From the human T2T-CHM13v2.0 reference genome, Homo sapiens, in assembly GCF_009914755.1 (NCBI RefSeq), contig NC_060925.1: 64,000 bases of DNA; one strand, given 5' to 3'. Position 1 is the stretch's first letter. Every line of letters starts with the position of its first letter. A program made the position numbers and the translations under genes. The notes beneath the pieces are model-generated. The model did not search any database, was not told the DNA's origin, and was given only the letters and a program-made list of their open reading frames with translations. Below are positions 34,424 to 53,526 of the stretch, piece after piece.

Positions 34424-36328
34424 ATTTTTGGCAACTTATATTTTTACTGCATGGAACAAAACCTAGACAGAAATACTTTCAAATGTTAACATTTTTTGAG
34501 TTGTGAAATATTTTTGTTTATATTTTATTTCCTAATTTGTGTAAAATGAACATTTATTTCTCTTCTAGCAGAACAATATGTATATTTGTGTTAGTGTATA
34601 TGTATATATGTGTATAAATGTCTTTGTGTGTATATATGCACAAACATACATACAAACATGCGAACTAAAATGGAAAATAATATAACCTTATGTTTAAGGC
34701 TTTTCATAATCCATTCTCATCCACCATCCTAGCCCTATGTCAGTCCACTATTTCAGCCAAATAGATATTTTTACTTCTCCCCAAATACTATGCGAATTGT
34801 CTGGATCTTTCAAGGTCTAAAGTTGCACCTCCTTTGTTCAGTGATTCTTCTGAACATGTAGCAATTATAGTCTCTATGTATTCCTCTAGCATAGAGAGTC
34901 AAAAATTATAAAATACATCCCTGAGATATGTCCTTAATATTACTTGATTTTTTTCTGGATAGGTGTATTTTATTGTCTTACTTACTATTATATGTGGCAT
35001 ATTACAGCATAGCATGCTCCTGTTCATGCAGCAGCTGGCAAAGTTTGTTGATTGATTGACCAAATGAAAATTCCTATAAAAATCATCATATTCTATATTG
35101 GTTGCTAGTTGCTGAATATGCATAGTTCCGGTTTTTAAAAATTATCAACCTGAATACCTAAAAGTTTCTTTAATTGTTCACAAATGTATATTCACTATCC
35201 TTATCTGATCTTTGCTAATATACGTATTCAGTTTTATAGGACAACAATCACTGTGTACAATATTATCTCAGGTTTTGTTTTGGTCACAGATCATTCTTAA
35301 AACATTTCCACTTCAGTCCGCAAAATTGTGATTTTTATTTTGTTAAATGTTCGTACGTTCTGTTATTATGCCCTTTTAAATATTCTATAGTATGTTTAGT
35401 AGTGTTACTAAGTGTTAAATATACAGTAAGGATAATTGTTTTTTCTTTTAAACAATTTTCTTAGTGTATATTTACAGAGGTAGAATTTCTAGATCAAAAG
35501 GTTCTGTTACCTGTTGCCAGATTAATGACTTAAAGCTTAAGTTATTTAAAGTAAGGTTGAAATTTTATATAATCCATTGACCCTGCAGTTCTATCCCTAG
35601 GTATATATCTGGGAAACTTTCATATATTTCCATTTGAAGATATGCACAAGAATATTTATTACAACATTATTTATAATAGAGAAAAATTAGAGACAACCTT
35701 AATAGAACAGATATATTTTGGTATATTCATACAGTAGAATATTATTTGGCATTTGAAGTAAATGTGCTGTAGCTGATGCAGCAGTGTGAATGAATCTAAA
35801 AAATACATTGTTGACCACTAAAAAGCAAGTTGCAAATATATATAACTTCAATTCATTTTAATAAAACTTGGAAATAGGGAAAATAATATATGTTGTTTAA
35901 GGAAACAGGCATGTGTAGTGAAAATGCCAGGGGTAGTGAGCACCAAACTGAATTGAGGTTACCTCTGAAAGTGAAGAATGGGTACACAGAGGCTTTATTG
36001 TATTTGTAAAGTTTAAGTGAGGAAGTAGAACTTGGGTTTTTAATTTTTTTTTGTATCCGAAATATTCCAAGTTTTAAAAAAATGTAAGCCTTTCAAGTGA
36101 TTTGCTTTTCTCTGCTCAAAATTAGGAAGTTGTTCCCTAGAGCTAAGCTATTATTTTGATACGTTTCTACTTCAAAAAAAGCTTTGTTAACTAAGCTGTA
36201 ATTTTTTTTACAAATGTGAAAATACACCTTGGGTAGAATCATCTACTTTCAGACTTCTAAAAAAAAGTAACTGATAATTTGTTTTCAACTTTAAGTTAAA
36301 TGATTTGAAACCACTTTAGCCTTCCTAA

Positions 36329-36544
<216 letters not shown>

Positions 36545-36569
36545 TAAGAACATTAGAACTATTTGTTGA

Positions 36570-36722
<153 letters not shown>

Positions 36723-36755
36723 TGAGCTCAAACTGTTGACTTTACTTATATTTAA

Positions 36756-36965
<210 letters not shown>

Positions 36966-37716
36966 TAAGTATGCCTTGTTTGGTAGAGATTTGCCACCTT
37001 AATAAGTAAGTTACCACTAGACTGAATTAAGCAGTTTTAAGGGTCCTCTATATCCTTGCTACTCAAAGTACGGTCCAAGGACCAGCAGTGTCAGCATCAC
37101 CTGTTGTTAACATTTTACCCTATTGTTTTATAATTTGTGTGTGTACCTGCATGTGTATTCTCTCTATAGATATAGATACACACATGCCTACATGCATACA
37201 TAACACATGCATGCATCTCTGTATACACACACACACAATTTCTCTGAAGTATTTGAGACTAAGTTGCATACCTCATACCCTTTACCACATCATTTTTTAA
37301 AAATGTCAACATATTATTCTACTTTATGGCTTTACCATAATTTATTTAAACAATTTCCATTTTTGGACATCTAGATTGCTTCTAATTGTTCCCTATTATT
37401 TATGTCTTTGTACATTCATCTTTACATGAATCCTTAGTTATTCCCTTTCTAGATGTTTCTGCATACTACAGAAGAATATAGGTTTTGAGGTTTAGACCTA
37501 GGTTTAACTTTAGCTTCATTACTGTCAGTATGATCTTGGATCTATTGTTTAGAACTTTCATCATCTCAGTCTCCCATCTGGAAAATTTTGTAAGAATTAA
37601 ATAGGATAACACTTATAAAACACTTAATACAATGCCTGGCACATAGTAAATGCTCATAGTTTGCCATCATTAGTACTAGTATAAATATTTTCAGAAATGG
37701 AAGTTTTGGGTTAGAC

Positions 37717-38229
37717 GAGGGGTCCCCAACCTCTGGGCCACAGACTGGTACTGGTCCATGGCCTGTTAGGAACCAGGCCGCACAGCAGGAGGTGAGTGGC
37801 AGGTGAGCTTTATCTGTATTTACAGCTGCACCCCATCACTCGCATTACCACCTGAACTCTGCCTCCTGTCAGATCAGTGGCTGCATTAGATTCTCATAGG
37901 GACGTGAACCCTATTGTGAACTGTCCCTGCGAGGGATTTAGATTGCATGCTGCCTATGAGAATCTAATGCCTGATGATCTGCCACTGTTTGCCATCACCC
38001 CCATATGGGACTGTCTAGTTGCAGGAAAACAAGCTTAGGGGTCCCACTGATTCCACATTATGGTGAGTTGTATAATTATTTCAGTATATATTACAATGTA
38101 ATAATAGTAGAAATAAAGTACACAATAAATGTAATGCACTTGAATCATCCCAAAACCACGCCCCTCACCCCCAGTCTGTGAAAAAATGTCTTCTGTGAAA
38201 CCAGTCCCTGGTGCCAAAAAGGACCATTG
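37717..38229. mobile_element. MER1A-like hAT-Charlie element
   Basis: AGGGGTCCCCAACC...GCCTGTTAGGAACC...CCAGTCCCTGGTGCCAAAAA; 8-bp TSD GGTTAGAC at 37709 and 38230. Confidence 0.88.
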
Positions 38230-38435
38230 GGTTAGACTATATCCATATATTTGAGGCTGTTAATACATACTGCCAAATTTTCTCCAGAAAGATTATAATA
38301 ATTAATACTTTCAGCTCTATCCAAGAGTTTCCATCATTAGCAATACTGAGTATATATTATTATAACGTAGTGTTTAAGGGCATGGAGTATAGAACCAGAC
38401 TAACTGGATTTGAATTCCATTGCAGACTCTTATTA

Positions 38436-38760
<325 letters not shown>

Positions 38761-40119
38761 AGATCTTTGAGAATTTATAATAGACATAATTATAGCACCT
38801 TTCTTACAGATTACTTGAGTAAAACACAATAGTTTTTGACACATAGTGATTGATAAGTGTTAGCTGTTACTAATCAAACTGGTAAATATAAAATAGTTAA
38901 AAATAACATCTCATGTAATTTAAATATTAAGCTAAATTATTTTGTTCATTGGCCATTTGTATTTATTTGTTGAAGTGTTGTTTTATGTATTACCCCATTT
39001 TGCTATTGTGTTCGGCTTTCTTTGTTGTTTTGTAAGACTTTTTATTGTTAAGGATATTAACTCCTAATTCAAACTATTCTTAATAAAGTAGTTGCATTCT
39101 TAACCAAAAAATCTGTGATGAAGCAGCTTTGTGTTTGGATGGACTGCTTGTAAAATGCATGTTCCTCCTCAGACCTGCTCAGATTATTTTGGAGCAAGGC
39201 CAAGAAATTTGCAGTTTTATAAGATCCCCAGGTAATTTTTAGGCAAGGAGTCCACTGGCTATTGAAAAATATTGTCCTAGAATGGAGTTGATACTGAGAC
39301 TTCTGAGTGATTTGACTCAGGCTTGACTCACAAACTAGCTCTGGGGAGGGAGGCTGATATGGAGAGAACAAAGCACAGATGACAATGATTTTCTAAATTG
39401 AGCCAGAACTAAATGGGAAAGAAAGATACACATTCAAGAGGATATGTGTTCACATAAAATAGCAGTCATGTAAAATGAAATTACCTGAGCATCTATTATA
39501 GAAGCACAAGAAAATACAGTTTCAGCTGTATTCAGGTGTGGTCAGTTATACAGTCTTACTGCTAACCAAACAAAGGGAAATCAAGGCCATGATAGTCTTC
39601 CCTCTGACAGTTATCAGGAGGCATCTTAATCTGAGAAAAATCCTGGTTTCTTGAATAAACAAGCTGAGGGGCAGTGCAACCTTAGAGAAGAGAAAGGAAG
39701 GGACTTGGAGAGAAATATGAAGGTAGAGAGCATGTGATTTCCTAGGCAATTAACTTTGACTTTTTATTCCTTTAGTCATCCTCTGATAAGTATTTTTAGT
39801 ATACAATAACTAGCATAAAAAGTTCTTGATGTCTCACTTAGGGGAATATAAAGGAGAGAAATCAGATGAGAACACATAAATAAATGAAGGAAGGAAGGAA
39901 AACACTAAGTCCAAACTAGAAAGGTTAAAAAAACAGATTTATAAGATAAAGGATATAGAAGCCAAAATATTTTCCCAGCATACTTCTAATCAATACAATT
40001 TGGTACTTGATTATTTGCTTGGTTTGGGAGTAATGTCGCTTCTAATTGAATTTTTTTTCACAATTTGTCCTTTAATAATTACTTAAAATGTATGAGTATA
40101 ATGTTTATTTGAATGCTGA

Positions 40120-40386
<267 letters not shown>

Positions 40387-41691
40387 TAGCTGAGCTTTGT
40401 GTTTTTCTTTTAGGGTCATCTGGTGTCTTCTTTACAGACATAGATATAGGCTCAGAGTATGCCTACTTGGGTTGCAATTATGGCTCTGCTTCTGCTCATT
40501 AATTGACCTTTGGCAAGTAATATAACCTCTTTGTGTGCCAATTTCTGCTTCTATAAAATTTGAATAATATTATCTAATTTAGAAGGTTTTTGTGAGGATT
40601 AATGAGATCATTCACATAAAACACTGAAAACAGGATGTAACACAAAGTAATTACCCAGTAAATTTTACCTAGAAATACTAGTTCTATCTCTTTCCTTAAG
40701 GTCTGTATAGCTCTTTATGTATACTTGGACCTTGATTAATGTTTCTTGACCTGGTTTATTATATAATAAACAGAATATTCTTGTTTGGGCCCCAAGTGGG
40801 ATTAGGTTGTAAATATAATCCATTCACCTTTTTTTAAATCTAATTGGAAATATATTTTATTGCATATTTGTTTTATCCTGTAAAGAGAACTTACAGTAAA
40901 ACATACAGTAGTTGTAAGATGAGTTAAAGGAATTAAGTATTTATCAGTTTTATTCATCTAGTTGGTAATATTTACTTAGATGTTTAAGAAATTTGCTTTA
41001 TCACACCTGTATTCCTGGTTCATATAGTTTTCACTTATGCCTTTTGTTCAACTCTTTATTTCTTTCTCCATCTAACCTATCTTTAAGGACTAATTTAATT
41101 CTTGCATCTTTCATAAAACCTTCTTTAACTATTGCTTTTTACAGTAATTTCTTTGTCCTCCAGACACCATTGCATTTATTTTCTATACCTCTTACTTGGC
41201 CCTTGAAATATATTGCCTTATTTTGATAGTTAGTATAATGATTTTTGTGAATCTTTATCATTGTGATTAAGAAACAGGCTTTAAAACCAGATTTCCTGGG
41301 TTACATTGACTAGTTTTATAACCTGAAGTAAATGCTCTATGGCTTACTTTTCCCCTGCAAAATGGTACCTACCACAGGGATTATGGTTAGGATTAATGAA
41401 TTAATACATGTGAACAGCTCATTAGACGACACCTAATTCATACTAAGTAATTGGAAATTGTTAGCCTTAAAACCACACTAAGTAGGCTGCACACTTTCAG
41501 AAAGAAGAATTAAGTTTTATCTTTTTTATGCTTCTTGTCTTTTAGCTTTTATACTTTCTGCAAAACCAAGCACGTAAGCGGTTCTCAATAAACTTTTTTG
41601 AGACTTTTTGGATTTATGATCTTTTTTTCTAAAATATTCTCATTTTTAATACAAAATGTTTTGTGCTATGAGTAAGAAAGAAGTGTATGTG

Positions 41692-41852
41692 AGCCAGACA
41701 TGGTGGCTTCCACCTGTAATCTCATGCTTTGGGAGGCCACAGCAGGAGGATCACTTGAGCCCAAGAGAGGTTTGAGGCTGCAGTGAACTATGATCATGCC
41801 AATGCCCTCCAGCCTGGGTGACAGAGTGAGACTGTCTCAAAAAATAAATAAA
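41692..41852 (+). mobile_element. Alu monomer (FRAM-like or arm-fusion)
   Basis: Single ~150-nt monomer with A-rich tail. Confidence 0.8.
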
Positions 41853-43461
41853 TTTATTTATTTAATTAATTTTTAAAAGATGTATGTATGTTATCAGATT
41901 TGAGTAATTATCTACTTCATTTTCACTCTGAGTTGTTAAACTACTTCTAGTTCACTACAAAGACCAAACTTGTGTGTGCTCTTTTTCTAGCCTTTGTCTT
42001 TCTTATAGTTAAGTTTGGTTCTTTGCTAATTCTCCTTATCTTTCTAATGAAATGATTCTTCTTATCTTTTCTAAATAGAATTGCCTTTACCTGTTTATTT
42101 TTTGCTGCTTTATACCAATCCCTTTTCCCTCTGATTGTTTAATATTTTCAGCAGGCCACATATTTCCAGCAGGCTGCTAATAAGAGCCTCAGATTAAATC
42201 AGATTTAACTACTTTGTTGACCTGTCTTTCCCTTAAACAAAATGTATTTCCCTCCTTATAATACGGTATATCTAGTCATGTTGGAATCCAGGAATCCATT
42301 TTGGATCTGCTCCTTTCATCCTCAGTATCCAATCAGTCATTATGATTTGTGGATTCTTTTCCATGTTCTGTTGGGTACACCATATCCTTTTTATTACCAC
42401 AGTTTTCACTCTATTCTAGGACTAAGTCCTATATACAAAACCAACTAACCAATTTTCCAAATCTTGTTACCTCATCTACAAATCATTCCATTCCGTTGGT
42501 CATCATCAGATCTGTTTCTAAAACACTGTTTTCCTTATGTCCTTCCATTATTCAACAGTGAGACCAACATTTACCGAGCATTATCTGCTGTCCATGAAAA
42601 TGCCAGGGCATATGTAGAATATTATTTTATAGTCTTGTTTCCCAACATCTTTATGTTTTAAGCTTTCTTCCCCAGAGAAGATTGTGAGCCCCTTGAGGGA
42701 AAGAACTTTATCTTAAATTTATATAGTTTTTAGTTTCTCAAAACATGCTACATACCTAGTAAAATTCATGCAATTCTAAATAGATAAATAAATTTAGTCT
42801 AAATGAAGTCAGTGATGCCAATATAATTTTTAAGGTAGCATCATTGAAATAATAAAATCTGGGAAATTCTAATGCTTCTAATTGAAGACTAGAAGGATTA
42901 AGAAAAAAAAAATATATATATATATACCTCATTTTGATACTTCACTTAGTTCTAAGTACCTCCTGTTAAATTTTAACAATTCCTTCCAAAGCATGCTTTA
43001 TTCTTATTATCTCCATAGGTGTTCTTGCTCTTTCTGAAACCAGTTCTATGACTTCCTTAAATCTAGCCTGAATACTGATGAACCCACTACTTTTCAACAT
43101 GAAAAAATACAGGCTTATTACTTTTCTTTCTTGAGATGCTTTTGGGCAGGGAAGCCATGCCAGTTACCCTTGAATATTATAACATTAAAATCCAAAAGAA
43201 TAAGACCAGTCCCAGAAGTTATGAATCCTGAAAAGCTCTTTATATCTCTTGTGACAGTAGTCCCCTTCAGTATGCCTTTGTAACTTGGCTCAAGCCAGTA
43301 TTGTCATACTTATCTCCAACTGTATTAAGCAGTGTTGTGGACTGGGTAGCCCTTGTGTGTGCCTCTAATACGTATTCACCCCAAATCACTAGAATAGAGA
43401 CTAGCAGAATAGGGACTAGAGGATATAGGAACAAATTGATGCTACCAATAATACAGCATGA

Positions 43462-43746
<285 letters not shown>

Positions 43747-43860
43747 TAATAAATGGAAATCGGGTTTATAGATTACTAGATAAAGTTGCACATTTAGATT
43801 TACCTCTAAAAACACACCTAGTCTGTACACATACCAAATTAACTTTCAAATTTATTTTAA

Positions 43861-44040
<180 letters not shown>

Positions 44041-44633
44041 TGAAACTATATACAGAGTCACTTCATACATGTTCTTAAAAAACCAAACCATAAAGAATTG
44101 TCATAGAACTGAAAAGGCTTGTAGGTGGATAGTAAATTTATTAGCATCCTTTAGTCTGTGTAGCATACAAAAACAAACTTGAATATTATAAAATCTGTTC
44201 TAAAAGCTAATAAAACATATTGATAAGAATATTGTTTTATATTGTTTCTATGTATTCACTGACTTATTGAGTTAATTGATAAAGTTTCTGAAATCTACAT
44301 GTACAATTTTTCTAATTTTTCATCAATTAGGAGAAAAAATTCCACTATTACTATGAATGAAATTTGCCTTTAATGATGAATTTCCCTAAAATGAAACCAC
44401 AAATTTAAGTGTACTCGTGAGAGCCACCAAATTGATTAGGACATAATTTCACAAGAACAAACTTTCATTTCTACCATTTGTTTTACAACCATCTGTGGAC
44501 TGTAAGCCAGCTAAAATAATGGGTGAAATGAAAGCAGTTTTGAAATCTAACCAAAGTTTTAAAAATGTTAAGTAATATTACTATTGTTATAGATTTGTAT
44601 AGAAAAATCATTTGAAGGAAAGAAACCAAGTAA

Positions 44634-44906
<273 letters not shown>

Positions 44907-46172
44907 TAGTATTCGCGGAAGAAAAGTTATAGGAAAATGATTATTTTTTAAAAGCTTGTAATGCTACTCAAGATTTTATTTTACCACTTAGTACATTTCA
45001 TAGATATTCACTCATAAAAATAATAACCATGCTTACTGTTTAATTATAACTGTGCACCAGGCATTTATGTGTGTTTTTTATGGCTAGCTGATTCTTCATG
45101 TTTCTATTTTTTCCAACTCTTGACATTCTGTGTTTTTTTAAATCAAATTTATTTTGCTATTCTCTTTTCTATATTTTCCCCCAATTTTAAAAAATAAACC
45201 CAATCTTGTAATTATCAAGAGGTCATGTAAGGGTCCCTATAAATTATAAAACAAAACAGATGTTAAATAATTTTCATCATGTGTCTAATTGGAATCAAAT
45301 GCTTTCAACATTTGAATAAATATCCTTTATTCCAACTAGATTTAAAACCTGAATCAAGTAACAAATTCAAGTAAGCAAAATAGGCTAAAGGACAGGCTTT
45401 TGTTTTCTTTTTAATACATTTCAAGCATATTTCTAGAAAGTACTTAGTATTTGAGGTGACTGAAGTTTAGAACTTTCCAAACTAAACTGAAAAATATCAA
45501 GTTACAGGAAGAAAGAAATAGTATTATCTGTGTAATTCCCTCTTTTACCCTTAAATTTGCAGCTACTTAGACCAGATAAAAAGACTTAGTGATACCCAAC
45601 AACTAAAATGAAAATTACCTTTCCATTAAAAATGTTCATGAAACATTCATAAAACGTTGTTTAAGTTCTATAATTGTGTTTTTAGATTTTCATTTGACTG
45701 TTTGATCTCCTGGTACCCGTTGTTCCCTCATGAATCCATGCAGATGCTCATGAAACTGACCTTAGCCATAGGGGCAAAGGAAACATTGATGTAAATAACT
45801 TGGTTTTAAAGCCTACTTTTTAGAACCCATTACAAAAAATAGTAATTTCAACCTTTTTGATTGTGTACTGCTGTTGTTAAACATCTTCAAAATATACACT
45901 TTAAACGATATACTGATATAAACTGTTACATCTGACATACTTCTCAGGTACGATATAAAACAAATAAAAACTAAAAAATTAAGTTGATAAACAAATACAA
46001 ATAGAAGTGTGATATTTGCTCCTAGCATCCCAAGGGAATGTTTTGCCTATTCCATACTTGTAAAAAATAGGACTGTATTCAGATTTGCAGATAGGTTTTT
46101 TGGGGTTCATTTTAAACTGATTGGGGATGTCTTCCTTTGGTTATAGTATTGCAACAACAGCAATTAAAAACA

Positions 46173-46462
46173 ATGGTTCATACCTGTAATCCCAACACTT
46201 TGGAAGGCTGAGGCAGGAGGATCGTTTGGGGCAGGGAGTTCAAGACCAGCCTGAACAACATAGCAAGACCCCATCTTTACCAAAAAAAAAAATTAAAAAT
46301 TAGCCAGGCATGGTGGTATGTACCTGTAGTCCTAGCTACTCAGGAGGCTGGGGCAGGAGGATCCCTTGAGCCAAGGAGTTTGAGGCTGCAGTGAGCTATG
46401 ATCACACCACTGCACTGCAGCCTGGGTGACAGAGGAGACCCTGTCTCAAAAAAAAAAAAAAA
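46173..46462 (+). mobile_element. AluJ-like
   Basis: Sense dimer, slightly 5' truncated. Confidence 0.9.
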
Positions 46463-47313
46463 TTTGTAGCCTGTTCTAATAATTGACAAATTAGAAATCA
46501 CTTAGAAGATATGGAATCTATTAGTTGTGTACTCTTAGAGGTCAAAAAGTTAATACAAACATTTCCATACATAGTGCTAGAGATTTTATAGTTTTGACTT
46601 TTTCACAAAGACAGACCGCATATATTTTTGGATATACCGATTCAGACTCACCTTTGAATCTACCTGTATTCATGTTTCATACAAGGAATTAAATGGGTCA
46701 GAGTACCAGGAAGTGTGTATGGCACAGAGTGCTATATATATGTTAGCTGCTGTCATCACTATCATCAAAATTAATATCATGTATATATCAACCATATATA
46801 AACCATATTAATCATAAATAAATAATACACAGTGTATTTGGGGAAATTTTGTACCGTCATTTTGGAGACAACATAGGTAGGAAAAAGGTCTAATTCTTAT
46901 CTTTCTTAATGGAAGAAACTAACATCTAATTCCCAATAAACAGAAACTTAAATTGTGAAGTACACTCAGGAATTGCCAAAACTTTCTTTTATCTTAGTCA
47001 AATTCTTTCACTTTTCGATCTACATTTTAATATTTGTTTTTTATTTCAGTCATCAAATATTTATAGGTATATATTATATACAGTTACAATTTTCAATGAA
47101 TACATACTTGTTGGTGAACAAGGTAGATGAGGTTTCTACTCATAGGTCTTATTTCCTACTGGGAAGATATATGCATTCAACAGATAGCAAACAAGATAAT
47201 TTTCAGATAGCGTTAAGTGCTTTTAAGATAGTTATAAGTGAATGCTGTGTATATTTTATTTGTCCTCAGTTTCCCCTAACCAAAATATGTGTTATATTTA
47301 TGCTTTGGCATAA

Positions 47314-47553
<240 letters not shown>

Positions 47554-47953
47554 TAAGAAACCAAACTCAATCTTTAAGTAAAATTTTAGATTGCACCATT
47601 AATCATACTATTTTATCTTGTATATAAAACCTCCAATTACCTAGAATGAAGGATTTAATGTGCCAGATAACTTGAAGTGACAAGTAAAATTGTACATATT
47701 GTGTACAGAATATAACACTTTTAAGTTGTTTTAAATTAGTGGGAAATTTGATAATGTTGACTCAAGTGCTCAAATGTTGACTCCATATACTTAATTAGGT
47801 ATCATTAAGGTAATAATTTCATGTTTAGGTTTATTTATTGTCCTTAAGTTCAAGGTAGAGTCTTTTTAAATATATAATTAATATTTAGTGTTTATGTGTT
47901 AAATATTTGATCTCTGATTTTACTCTTTAGATTTAATTTATAAAAGAAAGTTT

Positions 47954-48316
<363 letters not shown>

Positions 48317-48512
48317 TTAGGTCATAGGTTCCTTTAGGAATCTGACAAGATAATGGAATCTCATTTGACAGAAGTTAACATAAGTATAGACATACATTTT
48401 GCAAATAATTTTAGAGGGTTTTAGAGGATTTGCAGGTGCCTGCCTTGTACCCCAGGTTTAGAGTAACTGTTCTATAGTAATGGAGTTCATAGGTTTGTGT
48501 GTATTATTATGA

Positions 48513-48650
<138 letters not shown>

Positions 48651-49055
48651 TAGGAGAGCCTCTAAAGTGTTGTACTGCGAGTTTATGTCTGAATGTCTTT
48701 TACATGCTCTTCAAACTTTCCTTCTTGTCCATCTTTTCTTAACATTTGGGAGCTGTATTTTCTTTAGGTAGTTTTTATTTTATTTTTGTATGTTCACTTA
48801 ATAGGATCATAAAATTTCAAAGGGGTGAAAATCTTTGAAGTCACTAAGTTCTAGTCCTTCATATTACAAGTCAGGTTATCTTTAGCATTAGCTAATTTAT
48901 TTCAACAAAACTAAAAATGTTATAACCTTTTTATGCCTTCCATAGTGAAGGCATTGCTAGTTCTTTGTCTGAGTCTTGTAGAAGTCTTGATGTTTCCCTC
49001 TATTTGTTGTCAAGCCTTGTAACCTCCAGTTTTATGTTTTCTAGACTTAAAATGG

Positions 49056-49375
49056 TTTTTTTTGTTTTTGTTTTTTGTTTTTTGTTTTTGAGACAGAGTC
49101 TCGCACTGTCGTCCGGGCTGGAGTGCAGCGGCACAGTCTCGGCTCACTGCAACCTCCGACTCCGCCTCCCGGGTTGAAGCCATTCTGCTGCCTCAGCCTC
49201 CTGAGTAGCTGAGATTACAGGCGCCCGCCACCACGCCCAGCTAATTTTTGTATTTCTAGTAGAGACGGGGTTTCACCGTGTTGGTCAGGCTGGTCTTGAA
49301 CTCCCGACCTTGTGATTTGCCTGCCTCGGCCTCCCGAAGTGCTGGGATTACAGGCGTGAGCCACCGTGCCCGGCC
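49056..49375 (-). mobile_element. AluS-like
   Basis: Antisense dimer; TSD TAAAATGGT. Confidence 0.92.
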
Positions 49376-49449
49376 GTAAAATGGTATTTTTTTTAATGTC
49401 ACAATAATATGAATGAACTTATTGGAGGTCGAAAGGAAAGCACTACAGC

Positions 49450-49654
49450 AGTGCCACTCAAAATGCATTCCACACATCAGTAGTGTCACCCTCACCTGAG
49501 AGCTTGTTAGAAATGCAGATTCTTGGACCCTATGCCAAACCTCCCAAATCCAAACCTGGACATAGAGAGAGTAGGGTTGGTGGGCAGAAATCTGTGTTTT
49601 CACAAGGTCTCTGGATGATTATCAACAGTCTAAGGCTGAAGTTTGAAAGCACTG
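49450..49654. mobile_element. MER5A-like MITE
   Basis: CACCTGAGAGCTTGTTAGAAATGCAGATTCT...AATCTGTGTTTT...AAGTTTGAAAGCACTG. Confidence 0.7.
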
Positions 49655-50243
49655 CTCTAAAAGATAAAACTTTCAGCAAAAGGGCATTTATACGATACCT
49701 TGTTTTGATGCCATCAGGAAAATAACTGAAGTTTGCATCTTTACATGCCAAAATTTTATTTTTGATACTTTTAAAACTGAAGTTTTTAGGTGGGCATCTG
49801 AAATGAATTGCATTTTTGTTAATCCGATATATAGTAAGACCTTTTTGTATTACCATTATGGAGCTATAGAAATTTAGGAAGCTGTTTGCTTCTTCCCTAA
49901 ATGCTCCTGAATTACTGATTTAGAAGAAGGAAATGGAACATCAGCATTCAGCATAGTATAGTGGTTAAGAACTTCGGCTTTACACCAGACTGCCAGCTTC
50001 TAATCCTGGTTCCAAACTACCAACTGACAAATTACCTTACTGGGTACTTGGGAGGATCAAATGAACACATACAGTTAAGGTGCCTAGAGTAATATCTGCC
50101 ACATGCCTAGAGTAATATCTGCCACATGCTAAACAGTTCATAAATGTTAGTTTTTATCATTATTAATGTTTAGGCTCCCAATTATCACCTCTATGCAATA
50201 TCACAAATTTGTGCTGCTTAATTTTACATAGAACTGTCTAGAT

Positions 50244-50740
<497 letters not shown>

Positions 50741-51226
50741 ATCTAGAGGTGATTCCCAGAGAATAATATATTATCCCAGAGGGTATTTGTTAGGGTAGTG
50801 CTAGCTGCCATAAATTATAAACACTTAAAATCTTAATGGCTTTTCACAAATAAAATTTATTTCTTGCTTGTAGTCGTAGACGCATGCTCAGTAAGCAGCC
50901 TTCTATATACTGATTCAGGGAAGCAGGTTTCTTCCAGCTTGAGGATCTGTCAGTTTCCATGGCTTCTGGGGCCTCTCCAGGAGGCAAGCAGAGAGGGAAA
51001 GAGAGCTGGGGGAACACACCTATTCTCCATACACTTAACATGCATCAGTTCTGGCCACAACCAACTGTAAGATTGGTTGTGAATTGTAGGAAATTCGTTT
51101 TAGTGGACATATACCTCTACCACAGATGGTTCTACTTCCTCCCTCTATAGAGGTAATCATGAATCAGAAGTCGTTTTATTAAAATGTACAAGATTGTTCC
51201 AGATGGTTAAGATTGCTAGCACTATG

Positions 51227-51342
51227 GCCAGGCATGGTGGCTCACAACTGTAATCAGCACTTTGGGAGCCTGAGGCGGGCAGATTGCTTGAGTCCACAAG
51301 TTCAAGACCAGCCTGGGCAACAGGGTCTCTTAAAAAAACAAA
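51227..51342 (+). mobile_element. Alu left monomer
   Basis: GGCCAGGCATGGTGGCTCAC...GACCAGCCTGGGCAAC. Confidence 0.82.
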
Positions 51343-51765
51343 TATATATGTATATATAGAGAGAGCTAGTATTCTGACCTTTTCTTAATTGAAAGTGTCA
51401 CTGTCTATACTAATATTTTTATACTTTGTAAATAAAAAGTTTCCCATTGCATTACTGTTGAAAAGATGGGCATTAAGCTTAGACATAGAATTAATAAAAA
51501 TTTCTGAGTGGTTTAGCCAAAAAGCAGTAAGACCTAGACATTTTAAATAACATTTCCAAGGCCACACAGATGGCAAAGCTAGGATTTAGACTTCAGCCTT
51601 CTTATTTCTTAATTTCATGCTGTTTCTAGAGTGCCTTTCTGTCTTACAAACAAAATTTTCATTTGGTATATAATAGTAAAATAATGCTTTAAAAAATTAA
51701 CTGTCTTCAACCAGTTTTTAAACTGGTTGAATTATGTTTTTCAAGGTCAGCTTCTACCAGTTTGT

Positions 51766-51771
51766 TTTCTT

Positions 51772-51818
<47 letters not shown>

Positions 51819-51891
51819 TTCCCTCCCTCCCTCCCTCCCTCTCTCCTTCCTTCCTTCCTTTCTTTCTTTCCTTCTTTCTTTCTTTTCTTTC

Positions 51892-51899
<8 letters not shown>
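51766..51899. repeat. Compound (CT)n/(CCCT)n/(CCTT)n/(CTTT)n microsatellite derived from an Alu tail
   Basis: ~130 nt pure pyrimidine tract directly preceding an antisense Alu. Confidence 0.93.
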
Positions 51900-52490
<591 letters not shown>

Positions 52491-52882
52491 AGTTTGTTTT
52501 CCTATATGTTTGTTTTACTCTTGGTTTCTGCTATTTAAAATAATTAAGTTCTTGTTTAATAGTTACTTCGATTTTGAAATACCATAGACTTCAAAAGTAG
52601 AATCTGGAGCTATGAGGGACCTTAAAAATCACCCAGTCCAATCTCAAATGAAAAAACTGTATCAGAGAGGGAGTCACACAGATTGTTAGCATAAAATTCT
52701 AGTCTAGAATCAAGGTTCCTGACTTTAATTCAGTACTTACTCTATCATACTATGACTACTTTCTACATGAAAATATAAAGAAATAGGGCAAGAGAGAAAA
52801 CGCATTCAAAATATAGTCACCAAAAGTGACTGGTTTTTGTCTTCAATTTTTAAGTGTTTGTTTTCATTTCTGATCCACTTAA

Positions 52883-53167
<285 letters not shown>

Positions 53168-53526
53168 TGAAAAATGACTTTTAGTTTCTAATGTAAAAAT
53201 AAGGGTAATTAAGAATCCAAATCTTACGAATTATTCAAATGTCAGTATTGATTTGGCACCTGCTGGTACTATAAGTGATTGGTCTTTGCCTGAAGAACTT
53301 TGCAACATGGTAGAAGAGATGATGATGTGTACATAAATATGGCCATTGCAATAGATTGTAGAGGAAGTGTTGTGTAGTCTCTTAAAAGAGAGAGAAGGTC
53401 CAGTAGGTAGGTCTCAGGGAGAACGTTAGAAAGTAGCTAAAGTTTCACCTAAATGAGCCATAAAAGGTGAGTAGGACTTTCGGAGAGATGGAGAAAGTTG
53501 TTGGGAGACATTAGAGTTGAAAAGAA

